Source: a bacterium (GTDB lineage: Bacteria; DUMJ01). From it: a stretch of DNA of 25,676 nt. The stretch covers positions 1-25,676 of the forward strand of contig JBMFMV010000023.1 of the NCBI GenBank assembly GCA_049970495.1, given 5' to 3'. Positions within the stretch are counted from its first letter, which is position 1; each line of letters begins with the position of its first letter. Below, piece by piece: positions 9,580 to 19,829 of this stretch. Position numbers and translations under genes: made by a program. Under the pieces are notes generated by a model. It saw only the letters and a program-made list of their open reading frames with translations. It ran no database searches and was not told the origin of the DNA.

Positions 9580-12075
9580 ATGTTCAAACTTTTAGAGAAG
9601 CTTATAGGGAAAAATACTGATAGAGAATTAAGAAAATATTGGTATATAGTAGAAAGGATAAACGAACTTGAGCCAGAAATATCTAAGCTTTCTGATGGAG
9701 AATTGGCTCAGAAGACTTTAGAATTTAAGGAGAAACTGAAGCAAGGAGCAACCCTAGATGACATAATGATCCCTGCATTTGCAGTAGTAAGAGAGGTGGC
9801 CAAAAGAAAGGTTAATATGAGACCTTTTGATGTCCAGCTTATAGGGGCTATCGTGCTTCACGAAGGGAAAATAGCAGAGATGAAGACAGGAGAAGGAAAG
9901 ACCCTTGTAGCTACTATGCCTGCCTACTTAAACGCATTAACAGGGGAAGGCGTCCATATAGTTACTGTAAACGACTACCTAGCTAAGAGAGATAGATACT
10001 GGATGGGACCTATTTATGAATCCTTAGGCTTTACAGTTGGACTCCTACAGCACGATTCTACTCCTAGTGAGAGACGAATAGCTTATAATTCTGATATCAC
10101 TTATGGTACTAATACTGAGTTTGGTTTTGATTATCTTAGAGATAATATGGCTTTGAGTGAGGAAGAATTGGTACAAAGGGATTTTAATTATGCCATTGTA
10201 GATGAGGTTGATAGTATACTCATAGATGAGGCTAGAACACCCCTTATAATCTCAGGAGTAGCAGAGAAACCTACTAAGCTATATTATCAATTTGCACATA
10301 TAGCCAGAAATTTGATAAGAGATGTTGACTATACAGTAGATGAAAAACTTAAAAGTGTTACTCTAACCGATGTAGGAGCTAGAAAAGTAGAGAAAGTCTT
10401 AGGGATAGAGAATATATATGCAGTTAATGATATAGATTATTTATCTTATCTTATAGCAGCACTCAAAGCTAAAGAACTTTTTAAGAAGGATGTAGATTAT
10501 ATAGTAAAGGATGGAGAAGTTATTATAGTAGATGAATTTACTGGTAGACTTATGTACGGTAGAAGGTATAGTGACGGAATACACCAAGCTATAGAGGCTA
10601 AAGAGGGTCTTAAGATAAGACAGGAAGCTCAGACATTAGCGACTATAACCTTACAGAATTACTTTAGAATGTATAAAAAGCTAGCGGGTATGACCGGAAC
10701 TGCTGCTACTGAGGCTGATGAATTTTTAAAGATATATGGTTTAGAGGTAGTAGTTATACCTACACACAAACCAATGATAAGAATAGACTACCCAGATGCT
10801 GTATATAAGACAGAGAAAGCTAAATTTAAGGCGATTGTTAATGAAATAGTTGAGCTATATAAAACAGGTAGACCTGTACTTGTAGGTACCCGTTCCATAG
10901 AAAAATCAGAACTTTTAAGTGCTATGTTAAAAAGACTTGGTATACCACATCAAGTTCTAAATGCTAAGTATCATGAAAAAGAAGCGGAGATAATAGCTAA
11001 GGCAGGACAAAAAGGTAGTGTTACTATAGCAACAAATATGGCAGGTAGAGGTGTCGATATAGTTCTTGGAGAAGGGGTAGCCGAACTCGGTGGACTTCAT
11101 ATTATAGGTACAGAAAGGCATGAATCGAGAAGGATAGATAATCAGCTCCGTGGTAGAGCTGGAAGGCAAGGAGATCCAGGTTCTTCTAGGTTCTATGTAT
11201 CTCTAGAAGACGAATTGATGAGGTTATTTGGTTCAGAAAAGATAAAAAATATTATGGATAAATTAGGAGTGGACGAAGATCAACCAATAGAGCATCCTAT
11301 TATCTCTAAAGCTATAGAAAATGCCCAGAAGAAGGTAGAATCGTATCATTTTGACATAAGAAAACATCTTTTGGAGTACGACGATGTGATGGAGATACAA
11401 CGTAGAGTAATATACCAAGAAAGAAGGAAAATACTAACCAAAGAAAATCTAAAGGATTCTGTCCTCTCCATTATGAATGATTATCTCTTGGAGATAGCTG
11501 AGGCATATATACCTAAGAACCAAAAGGATATATGGGATCTAGGGGGATTTGTGAATGAATTAAAGAATACATTTAATGTAGATCTGAGCATTCAAGAAAT
11601 AGAAGAACTTTCCTACAATGAAATTATATCTAAGTGTAAAGAGAAGATAAGTAGCAGATATGAAGAGAAAGAAAGAGAGATTGGTCCTGAGTTATTGAGA
11701 CAGGCTGAAAAATTTATTATGCTTAGGGTTGTTGATACTCACTGGATAGAACACTTAGAAAACATGGATTTTTTAAAAGAAGGGATAGGACTAAGAGCTT
11801 ATGGGCAGAGAGAACCTTTAATAGAATATAAGAAAGAAGCTTATGAGATGTTTCAAGACATGCTTTCTGGTATAAGAAGAGATATCTCTAGGTTTCTTAT
11901 GAAACTGGAGATTAGACCAGAAAGGATAGAGCATAAGCCTATAGCGGTTACATCATCGACTCCTGTTAATAGCTCTATAAGAAAACCTATAAAGACAAAA
12001 AAGATAGGCAGGAATGACCCTTGCCCTTGTGGAAGCGGGAAAAAGTATAAATATTGCTGTGGAAGGGATGAATAA
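9580..12075 (+). CDS. secA: Preprotein translocase ATPase SecA
   Basis: Motifs [43 protein letters not shown] and [24 protein letters not shown]-terminal [23 protein letters not shown]. Confidence 0.99.
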   Translation: MFKLLEKLIGKNTDRELRKYWYIVERINELEPEISKLSDGELAQKTLEFKEKLKQGATLDDIMIPAFAVVREVAKRKVNMRPFDVQLIGAIVLHEGKIAEMKTGEGKTLVATMPAYLNALTGEGVHIVTVNDYLAKRDRYWMGPIYESLGFTVGLLQHDSTPSERRIAYNSDITYGTNTEFGFDYLRDNMALSEEELVQRDFNYAIVDEVDSILIDEARTPLIISGVAEKPTKLYYQFAHIARNLIRDVDYTVDEKLKSVTLTDVGARKVEKVLGIENIYAVNDIDYLSYLIAALKAKELFKKDVDYIVKDGEVIIVDEFTGRLMYGRRYSDGIHQAIEAKEGLKIRQEAQTLATITLQNYFRMYKKLAGMTGTAATEADEFLKIYGLEVVVIPTHKPMIRIDYPDAVYKTEKAKFKAIVNEIVELYKTGRPVLVGTRSIEKSELLSAMLKRLGIPHQVLNAKYHEKEAEIIAKAGQKGSVTIATNMAGRGVDIVLGEGVAELGGLHIIGTERHESRRIDNQLRGRAGRQGDPGSSRFYVSLEDELMRLFGSEKIKNIMDKLGVDEDQPIEHPIISKAIENAQKKVESYHFDIRKHLLEYDDVMEIQRRVIYQERRKILTKENLKDSVLSIMNDYLLEIAEAYIPKNQKDIWDLGGFVNELKNTFNVDLSIQEIEELSYNEIISKCKEKISSRYEEKEREIGPELLRQAEKFIMLRVVDTHWIEHLENMDFLKEGIGLRAYGQREPLIEYKKEAYEMFQDMLSGIRRDISRFLMKLEIRPERIEHKPIAVTSSTPVNSSIRKPIKTKKIGRNDPCPCGSGKKYKYCCGRDE

Positions 12076-13161
12076 TGAAGAAGGAGATAGAAGAATTAGA
12101 AAAGAGATATTTAGAATTGGGTGATTATCTTTGACAAACAGAATATTAAATTGTATAAGCTAGAAGAGGAGGCACAAAGAGGAGATCTTTGGAGTAATCC
12201 TAAAGAAGCTCAGAAGATCTTGTCAGAACTGAGTAAATTAAAAAGGCTTGTAGATACAGGTAAAAAGATTTCAAAATCCTTGGAATCTCTAAAGGAATTT
12301 TCTGAGTTACTAGAAGAGGATGAAAGTATAGAGGAAGAACTAAGGCTAGAGTTAAAGAAAGTTGAAAAGTTATTAGAAGAATTAGAGCTTCAGACACTCT
12401 TCACAGACGAGTATGATAGTTATAACGCAGTTGTTACTATCCATGCTGGAGCAGGGGGGGTTGATGCGCAGGATTGGGCAGAGATGCTTCTGAGGATGTA
12501 TACTAGATGGGCGGAAAAAAACGACTTTGACCTAGAGATCGTAGATACCTCTTTTGGAGAAGAGGCAGGAATAAAGAGTGTTACCTTTATAGTCAAAGGA
12601 GACTTTGCATATGGGCTTCTAAAGGCGGAGAGGGGAGTTCATAGATTAGTAAGGATATCCCCCTTTGATGCGGCTCATAGAAGACATACCTCATTTGCAT
12701 TAGTAGATGTGGTCCCAGATATAGGGAATGATGTAGAAATAGAGATAAAGCCTGAAGATCTAAAGATAGATACATTTAGGGCTAGTGGACCTGGGGGTCA
12801 ATATGTAAACAAAACCGAGTCTGCAGTTAGGATTACTCATCTACCGACTGGTATTGTTGTGGAGTGTCAATCGGAGAGGTCTCAACACCAGAATAGAGAG
12901 ACTGCTATGAGAATTCTTAAGGCCAAGTTATTTGCTTTAGAAAGGGAAAAAAGAGAGAAAGAATTACAAGCCATTAAAGGAGAAAGAAAAGACATAGCTT
13001 GGGGTAATCAGATTCGATCCTATGTTTTACACCCTTACACTTTGGTCAAAGATCATAGGACTGGAGTTGAGGTGGGTAATATACAGGCAGTATTAGATGG
13101 AGAGATAAACATCTTTATATCTTCTTATCTTAAAAGTACAGTACTTAAAGTAAGCGGATGA
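12075..13161 (+). CDS. prfB: Peptide chain release factor 2, with programmed +1 frameshift (join 12075-12131, 12133-13161; 361 aa)
   Basis: ATG 12075 overlaps the secA TAA and reads [19 protein letters not shown], then CTT TGA C at 12129-12135. The +1 frame contains GAGGVDAQDW, GVHRLVRISPF (SPF) and GPGGQ. The ORF-track GTG start at 12121 is an artefact. Confidence 0.96.
12120..12135 (+). other. RF2 programmed +1 ribosomal frameshift cassette
   Basis: GGT GAT TAT CTT TGA C: the canonical CUU-UGA-C shift site preceded by an SD-like GGTGAT. Confidence 0.92.
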
Positions 13162-14120
13162 TAAGTAGGGTATTGAGTTTATTAGTTATATTTGGAATAG
13201 TTCTCTCTTTTTCATTTTTGATTTATCCACCTTTACCTTATAAAGGTATTGAAACTGTTATCGTAAAGCCTGGGATGAATGCTAAGGAGATAGGTCTTCT
13301 CCTAAAGGAAAAGGGTCTCATATCCTCCGTAAGGGCTTTTTTATATATACTCAAATTAAAAGGAAACGGAGATAAAAGGTTTATCCCTGGTACTTTTGAT
13401 ATCCCTAGGGGACTTAGGTTAGACTTATTAATCGAGTATCTATTTAGAGTAAGGCCAAAGACTGTTTGGGTAACTATCCATGAGGGTTTTAATTCTAGGG
13501 AAATTGCTGAAAAACTCTCAGCCAATGGAGTTATATCTAGTGATAAGTTTCTAGAGTCCCTGAATAGAAAAGTCAAAGGTAATTATCCTTCTTTTGTTGA
13601 GCCACCTTACGAAGGATTCTTATTTCCAGATACCTATGAGTTCTTCTTGGATAGCCCTCCCGAAATGGTTATAAAGAAATTTTTAGATAGATTTGTAGAG
13701 ATATTACCAAAGGATTTTGAAGAGAAGGCTAAAAGGTTAGGTCTCACTCCCAGAGAGGCAATAATTCTTGCCTCACTTATAGAAAAAGAGGCCAAAATAG
13801 ATAGTGAGAAACCTATCATAGCTCAAGTTTTACTTAAAAGGCTTAAGATTGGGATGAAGCTACAATGTGACGCTACTGTTCAGTATGCTTTAGGTAAGTA
13901 TAAGCCCTTCCTCAGTTATAAGGACCTTGAAGTCGATTCACCGTATAATACCTATCTACACTATGGGCTTCCTCCAGGTCCTATATGTAATCCTGGATTT
14001 TCATCTATAACCTCTGCAGTAAACCCTGCCAATACAGATTATCTTTTCTACTTTACGAAAGATAATGGAGTCCATATATTTTCCAAGACATACAAGGAAC
14101 ATCTAGCGAGGCAAAAATGA
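13158..14120 (+). CDS. mltG: Endolytic peptidoglycan transglycosylase MltG (YceG family)
   Basis: N-terminal TM; motifs EGFLFPDTY, LASLIEKE (catalytic Glu), LQCDATVQY, SPYNTY..GLPPGPICNPG and HIFSKTYKEH. Confidence 0.95.
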   Translation: MISRVLSLLVIFGIVLSFSFLIYPPLPYKGIETVIVKPGMNAKEIGLLLKEKGLISSVRAFLYILKLKGNGDKRFIPGTFDIPRGLRLDLLIEYLFRVRPKTVWVTIHEGFNSREIAEKLSANGVISSDKFLESLNRKVKGNYPSFVEPPYEGFLFPDTYEFFLDSPPEMVIKKFLDRFVEILPKDFEEKAKRLGLTPREAIILASLIEKEAKIDSEKPIIAQVLLKRLKIGMKLQCDATVQYALGKYKPFLSYKDLEVDSPYNTYLHYGLPPGPICNPGFSSITSAVNPANTDYLFYFTKDNGVHIFSKTYKEHLARQK

Positions 14121-15376
14121 AGAGGACATTAATTTGTCTCTTCTTATTGAATTTTATAATATTATCCTCTACTCAAAAATATCTATACGCAAAAAGTTTA
14201 AACGAAAAACTCTCTTATGCAGAAACACGACTTCATAATATGAGAATAGAATGGGCAAAAGGTTGGGATCTGACAGAAGTAGAAGGTCTTATAAATAAGG
14301 CTAAGAATGACTTAAAAGCTGGTAGACTTAGTAATGCAGAAGTTTATTTGGATAGAGCTATAAAGATGATGAATTCTATAGAACATAAATATAACTTCTT
14401 ACCCTACTTGAACTTAAAAAATAAATTCTTAGTAAATGATAGTAGAGAGTTAATTAGAACTATAGCTATTAGGACTATAAAGAATGGAATTGTAGGTTAT
14501 TCTTGGGGACAGACTGTAGCAATGAAGGGGCTTCTAGCTACTGGTAATTGGGGCTATGTAAAGGCTTTAGTTGATAGATATATAGAAAAGGATATAAAGC
14601 CCCAAAATGTAAATGACTGTGCAATAGGAGATGTTCTATTAACCTTATTTGATATGTTTAAAGATGAGAAGTACGTAGAAAAGGCAAAAGAGCTTGGAGA
14701 TTTTATACTGTCTTACAAAAATAGGTTACCTTCTGGTGGTATAGTACATGAACCGGGGACTAGACAATTATGGATTGATACAGTTTATATGATCTGTCCG
14801 TTTATGATTAAACTAGGAGACAATTATAAAGAAGAAGGCTTGAAGCAACTCTATATTCATATAAGATATCTAATGAATCCTAACGTCTTCTTGTTTTGTC
14901 ATGCCTGGGATGAGAATACTCTCTCTTTGACACAGCACTATTGGGCAAGAGGAAATGGTTGGATGTTAGCCACCTTGACAGAGGTGATCCCTTATGTAGA
15001 GGAGGAAGACAAGACCTATCTTGAATCTATTATAAAAGGTATGGCTAATTCGCTGAGTAAATTGCAGGATAAGACTGGACTATGGCATACACTTATAAAT
15101 ATGAAAGGTACATATTTAGAAACTTCTGGTAGTGCTCTGTTAGCTTATGGGATACAAAGAACTATCTTGTTAGGAATATTAGATAAGAGTTATATAGATA
15201 TAGTTGATAAAGCCTTTAATGGAATAAAAAGTAGAGTTAGCAGGGATGGAGAGGTATTAGGTGTCTCTGAAGGTACAGGACCTGGAAATTATATTTACTA
15301 TGCCAAGAGAAAGTTAGGCGTCTTTCCTCATGGACAAGGAGCGGCACTTTTATTTTTAGGAAGTTTTATAAAATGA
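14117..15376 (+). CDS. Secreted glycoside hydrolase family 105/88 (unsaturated uronyl hydrolase, YteR-like)
   Basis: Signal peptide; motifs LWIDTVYM, FCHAWD, WARGNGW, LQDKTGLWH, ETSGSA, VSEGTG and HGQG of the (alpha/alpha)6 GH105/88 fold. Confidence 0.82.
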   Translation: MKRTLICLFLLNFIILSSTQKYLYAKSLNEKLSYAETRLHNMRIEWAKGWDLTEVEGLINKAKNDLKAGRLSNAEVYLDRAIKMMNSIEHKYNFLPYLNLKNKFLVNDSRELIRTIAIRTIKNGIVGYSWGQTVAMKGLLATGNWGYVKALVDRYIEKDIKPQNVNDCAIGDVLLTLFDMFKDEKYVEKAKELGDFILSYKNRLPSGGIVHEPGTRQLWIDTVYMICPFMIKLGDNYKEEGLKQLYIHIRYLMNPNVFLFCHAWDENTLSLTQHYWARGNGWMLATLTEVIPYVEEEDKTYLESIIKGMANSLSKLQDKTGLWHTLINMKGTYLETSGSALLAYGIQRTILLGILDKSYIDIVDKAFNGIKSRVSRDGEVLGVSEGTGPGNYIYYAKRKLGVFPHGQGAALLFLGSFIK

Positions 15377-16316
15377 GTAACTATGATATATCTTTTGTAA
15401 TCCCTTTAAAGAATGAAGCTGAATCTATTGAAACTTTATATAAAGGGATAGTTGAAAATACATTACCCTTAGATTTATCTTTTGAGATAATTTTTATAGA
15501 TGATGGTAGTACTGATGATTCCTTTAATATAATTAAAACTTAAGTAAGAAGGATAATAGAGTAAAAGGGATAAGATTTAGGAGAAATTTTGGAAAGTCTA
15601 GCGCTCTTTCTGCTGGTTTTAAATTTGCTAAAGGTAATATCGTTATTACTATGGATGCTGATCTGCAGGACGACCCTGTAGAGATACCAAGATTCATAGA
15701 GATGATTAATAAAGGATATGATGTGGTTTCTGGCTGGAAGAAAGTAAGGCATGATCCTTTTAGTAAGACTTTACCGTCTAAATTCTTTAACAAACTTACC
15801 TCTTGGGTTACTGGTGTAAAGATTCACGACTTTAACTGTGGATTTAAAGCTTATAGAAGAGAAGTAGTAAAGTCTTTAGATATTTATGGAGAGCTCCATA
15901 GATATATACCTGCCTTAGCCTATAGTAAGGGATTTACAGTGGGAGAAATTATAGTAACTCATCATCCAAGAAAATATGGAAGCTCTAAGTACGGCTGGGA
16001 AAGGCTCTTTAAGGGGTTTTTAGATCTTTTCACCGTTGTTTTCCTGACTCGATTTATAAAAAGACCTATGCACATTTTTGGCTCAACAGGAATATTATTA
16101 TTCTTTATTGGCTTTGTTATTAACTTATATTTAGTGCTTCATAAGTTTTTAACTGGTGCACTTATAGGTAATAGACCCCTTCTTACACTTGGGGTCTTAT
16201 GTATGATCTTGGGGATTCAGTCTCTTTCTATAGGTCTCCTAGGAGAGATGATTAATAATTTAACACACGGACAAAAAGAGGAATATTATATAGTTGAAGA
16301 AGTGGGAATCGAGTAA
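15373..16316 (+). pseudogene. GT2 polyprenol-phosphate glycosyltransferase (ArnC/GtrB/Dpm1-like), frameshifted near 15535-15540
   Basis: ATG 15373 reads MSNYDISFVIPLKNEAESI...EIIFIDDGSTDDS...IIKT then TAA at 15541. The -1 frame continues LSKKDNRVKGIRFRRNFGKSSALSAGF...ITMDADLQDDP...HDFNCGFKAY with two C-terminal TMs. Adding one A to AAAA (15535-15538) restores a 314-aa ORF. A sequencing error is possible. Confidence 0.8.
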
Positions 16317-16692
16317 TGTATATCTAGATATCATTTTAGAAGAAATACCTAGACTATTGGGTCTACTAGATAAGAATCCTAATAGTCCTACTTTTGGCTC
16401 TTTTGATAGACAGTTTTGGCATTATAATGTGGTAGATTTTCCTTGTGCCAGAGCTCAAGAAGCTATACTTACATTGGCCCTGTTATATAGGCACAATTTC
16501 CCTGGTAATATCTATTTTAAAAATGAAGCCATCTTCAGTTGGATAGATGGAGCCTTAAATTTTTGGATAGATATTCAAAATAGTGATGGGTCCTTTAATG
16601 AGTGGTATCCGAATGAGCACAGTTTTGTTGCAACTGCCTTTACTACTTATGCAATATCCGAAACTTTACAATTTATACGTATTTTCTACTAA
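16294..16692 (+). pseudogene. N-terminal fragment of a conserved hypothetical (probable alpha/alpha-toroid) protein of glycan clusters
   Basis: TTG start overlapping the GT2 end. Motifs PRLLGLLDKNPNSPTFGSFDRQFWHY, DFPCARAQE and IQNSDGSFNEWYPNEHSFVATAF (QW-like QNxDGSF repeat). It stops abruptly 7 residues after ISETL, where the sequence changes to membrane-protein coding in another frame. Confidence 0.6.
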
Positions 16693-18085
16693 GTTCAGCG
16701 ATAAAGATACTTTGAAAAGATGGCTAATATATCAACTTATTATTGCTTTAGCCTTTTCTCCATGGATATATGTAATAGTAAAGAATAGGACTCCAGAAAT
16801 ATATCAGGGAAAACAGTCTATCTCTTCAGAAGTCCTTAAAAATTCATTCTTAGAGATAAATCTAGGTTATGCACGTAGTATATTTGTAAGAGAAAATTTA
16901 CCAAACTACATCTTTTTGTTTCTTTTAATTTTATTTATAATAGGTTTATTACCACCTTATAAGGATAAGAAAGGATTCCTCTTAGTATCTCTGTACATAT
17001 TTATCCCATTTTTATTATTACTCATAATCTCACTAGAAAAAAGTTTCTTTAGTGCAAGGTATCTTTCTCCTTTTATAGTAGGGTATTTTATCCTTCTTGC
17101 TAGAGGGATTAGAAAATTGTGCTTCTATCCAGTGGTCAGTCTTATTTTACTTATTATATTAGGCATAGACTCATTAGCGATTTATAACTATTACAATAAA
17201 CTAGATTTTATTTCTAGGCCATGGCGAAAATTAGTAAATTATATGCACTCTAATGTTCTAAAAGGAGATATAGTTCTAATAACAGCCCCTCAAATGTATA
17301 GACCTTTTACCTATTATAACAGAGAGAGGTTACCCTTTAATACAATTGACGGTTTTGGAAATGTTCCTGTTGATATATATAGAGCAACTTACTCCTACAA
17401 TAGGGTATGGCTTATACTGGCTGGTGAGGATAGTTCGGATCCAAATGGAAAGATTAAGAAATGGTTAGATAGTAACTATAAAAAAATAGACAGTCTAGAA
17501 TATTATAGACTAAAGGCATATCTTTATCAAATTCTTCCAGAGTTTAATAAAGTTAAGGTTACATTTTCTAATCCAGGGAGTAACTATATAGAATATACCG
17601 TTGAGATTAGATATCCAAACATCGATTTAGAAGGCCTATTGGAAACCTTCGATAAATTAGGGCTAAAAGCTACGTTTTTCTTTACTGCAGAGGCTATAGA
17701 CTCCTATAGAGATACAGCAAGGAAAATAATAGATAAAGGATACCAGATTGGTATGTTAGGAGAATCTTATGTAGACTACACTCTTTATTCTGAAGGAAAA
17801 ATTATTTCTAGTATTAAAAAGACAGAAAAAATCATAGAAAGTATAATCGGAAAAGATGTAAAGATATTTAGACCCCCTCAAGGCAAATTTAATAGGGTTC
17901 TTCTAGATGTCATTTCTAAGCTTGGTTATACAGTAAAGTTCTGGGATATAGATATTAGGAGATGGAGCCACTATGAAGTTAGCTCTGCTAGTAGAAAATT
18001 AAAATCTCTTCTATCACCAGGAAGCATAGTCAATCTAGGGATATGGGATGATTTTGCAAGTTCAGTACTTCAGGCTATTCAATAG
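16670..18085 (+). pseudogene. 5'-truncated GT-C (GT39/GT83, PMT-like) membrane glycosyltransferase C-terminal half fused to a degenerate NodB/polysaccharide-deacetylase-like domain
   Basis: TM segments KRWLIYQLIIALAFSPW, FSARYLSPFIVGYFILLARG and PWRKLVNY...FTYY...RVWLI. From about 17582 it reads KATFF, FRPPQG, WDID and GSIV (NodB-like). The first ~29 aa of the track ORF from GTG 16583 are an off-frame read of the upstream fragment, with no SD. Confidence 0.6.
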
Positions 18086-18950
18086 TTGCTATTATCTCTT
18101 CTAATTCACCTTTATTAAAGTGATATTTAGCTCCACAGAAGACACAGGTTATCTCTGCAGAACCTTCCTCTAATATAGAAAAGAGTTCCTCTTTTCCTAA
18201 AAGAATTAATGTAGTCCTAGCACGCTCTTTAGAACAGGGACAATAGTATCTTATTTCCCTCTTTTCTAATATTACATAAGGTATACTCCCAAAGACGAGC
18301 TTCAATATCGATTCTACTAATTTAAGTTCTCTTATAAGCTCACTCAAAGGGGGAAGGTTATTTAACCTCTCTTCTAACATTTTTATCCTCTCAGAAGAGG
18401 TCCCTGGCAAAATACGACCAATCATCCCTCCAGATGCTTCAACTTTACCACCAGGCCCTATATATGTACCAGCAGCAACAACCGATGGGGTTTGTTCTGA
18501 TGTATAGAAATAATGGGCTAAGTCTGCTGCTATTCCTCCTTTTACAAGAGGGGTGATACCTATGTATGGGTTCCCAAATCCTAGATCTTTTACTACATAC
18601 AAATACCCTGATTTCCCTATACCGCTCTCTACATCAATGTTGCCTATCTCATTTGGTGGTAGCTCTATATAAGGATTCCTTATATAACCTCTAACATTCC
18701 CGCTAGCATCAGACTGAACAAACAATCCCTTTAGAGGTCCATCAGATATAATTTGAAGACTTACAGTTTGTTTGCCCTCTAAGTCTGTTCCCATTATACC
18801 AACAAGGCTTAGAGCTCTTCCAAGAGCTGCCGTAGCTAGTCTACTAGTTTCATGTACTATTCTTGCTCTTTCTACTAAATTTGTAGTTATTGCTATGCTC
18901 ACTGTAAAAGAGAGATCATCAGTTGCAGCCTTTACAAGATAATCTTCCAT
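18075..18950 (-). CDS. hslO: Redox-regulated chaperone Hsp33
   Basis: Motifs MEDYLVKA, AALGR, DGPL, VRGY and YFYTSEQTPS; zinc motif CPCS...CVFC. Confidence 0.95.
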   Translation of the reverse strand: MEDYLVKAATDDLSFTVSIAITTNLVERARIVHETSRLATAALGRALSLVGIMGTDLEGKQTVSLQIISDGPLKGLFVQSDASGNVRGYIRNPYIELPPNEIGNIDVESGIGKSGYLYVVKDLGFGNPYIGITPLVKGGIAADLAHYFYTSEQTPSVVAAGTYIGPGGKVEASGGMIGRILPGTSSERIKMLEERLNNLPPLSELIRELKLVESILKLVFGSIPYVILEKREIRYYCPCSKERARTTLILLGKEELFSILEEGSAEITCVFCGAKYHFNKGELEEIIATIE

Positions 18951-18953
18951 ATT

Positions 18954-19727
18954 TTACCCTACCTCTAACTTAGCTCTTACTTTATTAACTATCTCTTCAA
19001 ATGCACTAGAAGACTTCATACGATTATAGAAGTAGATGTAAGGCTTACCCTCATCTGAAGACGCTACTATATAGGGTTCTATTGGAATTTTACCCAAAAA
19101 GGGAACACCCATCTCTTGAGCAGTCTTCTCTCCTCCTCCAGATTTAAATATCTCTGTAATTGTTCCACAATTAGGACATACAAAACCACTCATATTTTCT
19201 ACTATCCCTAATATAGGAATATTTAATGCCTTGGCAAAATTTATAGCCTTCCTTGAATCTAAGAGTGAAACTTCTTGGGGAGTAGTAACTATAATTGCCC
19301 CGTCTAACCCTTTAAATAGTTGTACTACAGATAAGGGCTCATCTCCGGTTCCAGGAGGAGAGTCTATAATTAGATAATCTAAATTACCCCATTCTGTCTG
19401 CTCTATAAACTGTCTGATAAGATTCGTCTTTAAAGGACCTCTCCATATTATTGGGTCATCCTGTTTTGGCAGTAAAAAGGCAATAGAAATAACCTTTAGA
19501 TTCTCCCCATATGATATAGGGATAATCTTATTGTCTTGACTATGAATCTTAGCGTCTTCAATCCCTAACATCTTAGGAATATTAGGACCATGTATATCTA
19601 TATCCATCAGTCCTACATCTAAGCCATTTAAAGCCAATCCAACCGCGATATTCACAGCTATAGTACTCTTTCCTACTCCGCCTTTCCCACTCAGTACTAT
19701 GATCTTATGTCTTATACTTTCGTTCAT
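18954..19727 (-). CDS. mrp: Mrp/NBP35 (ApbC) Fe-S cluster carrier ATPase
   Basis: Motifs [45 protein letters not shown] and FLGKIP. Confidence 0.95.
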   Translation of the reverse strand: MNESIRHKIIVLSGKGGVGKSTIAVNIAVGLALNGLDVGLMDIDIHGPNIPKMLGIEDAKIHSQDNKIIPISYGENLKVISIAFLLPKQDDPIIWRGPLKTNLIRQFIEQTEWGNLDYLIIDSPPGTGDEPLSVVQLFKGLDGAIIVTTPQEVSLLDSRKAINFAKALNIPILGIVENMSGFVCPNCGTITEIFKSGGGEKTAQEMGVPFLGKIPIEPYIVASSDEGKPYIYFYNRMKSSSAFEEIVNKVRAKLEVG

Positions 19728-19771
19728 TAACTGCCCCCATTCTCAAAAGATTTTAAGTATTCACTGAGACT

Positions 19772-19780
19772 ATTATATCA
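19772..19780 (-). promoter_or_regulatory. Extended -10 promoter for mrp-hslO
   Basis: Minus strand TG-A-TATAAT, 44 nt upstream of the mrp ATG, which has a GGGGG SD-like run. Confidence 0.55.
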
Positions 19781-19829
19781 CAAATTATTAGACTTACCCT
19801 ATTGTAATTTTTTATCTTAAGTAGTAACA

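Noticed and set aside
12121..12135. GTG 12121 as the prfB start, or prfB as a pseudogene
   Set aside because: The upstream coupled ATG and canonical CTT TGA C explain the structure as the standard RF2 programmed frameshift.
15530..15545. Programmed -1 frameshift or phase-variable tract in GT2
   Set aside because: No slippery heptamer in frame, no evident stimulatory structure, and the homopolymer is only 4 nt.
5368..15793. Short minus-strand ORFs (5368, 5873, 10957, 12200, 12593, 13238, 13634, 15533, 15540)
   Set aside because: All are antisense within confident CDSs, with no recognisable motifs.
15651..16316. Stand-alone 221-aa glycosyltransferase starting at MDADLQD
   Set aside because: It begins at the DxD motif mid-domain; the missing N-terminus is present upstream in another frame.
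16583..16669. GTG 16583 as the true start of a 500-aa protein
   Set aside because: No SD; these codons are the off-frame reading of the motif-bearing upstream fragment.
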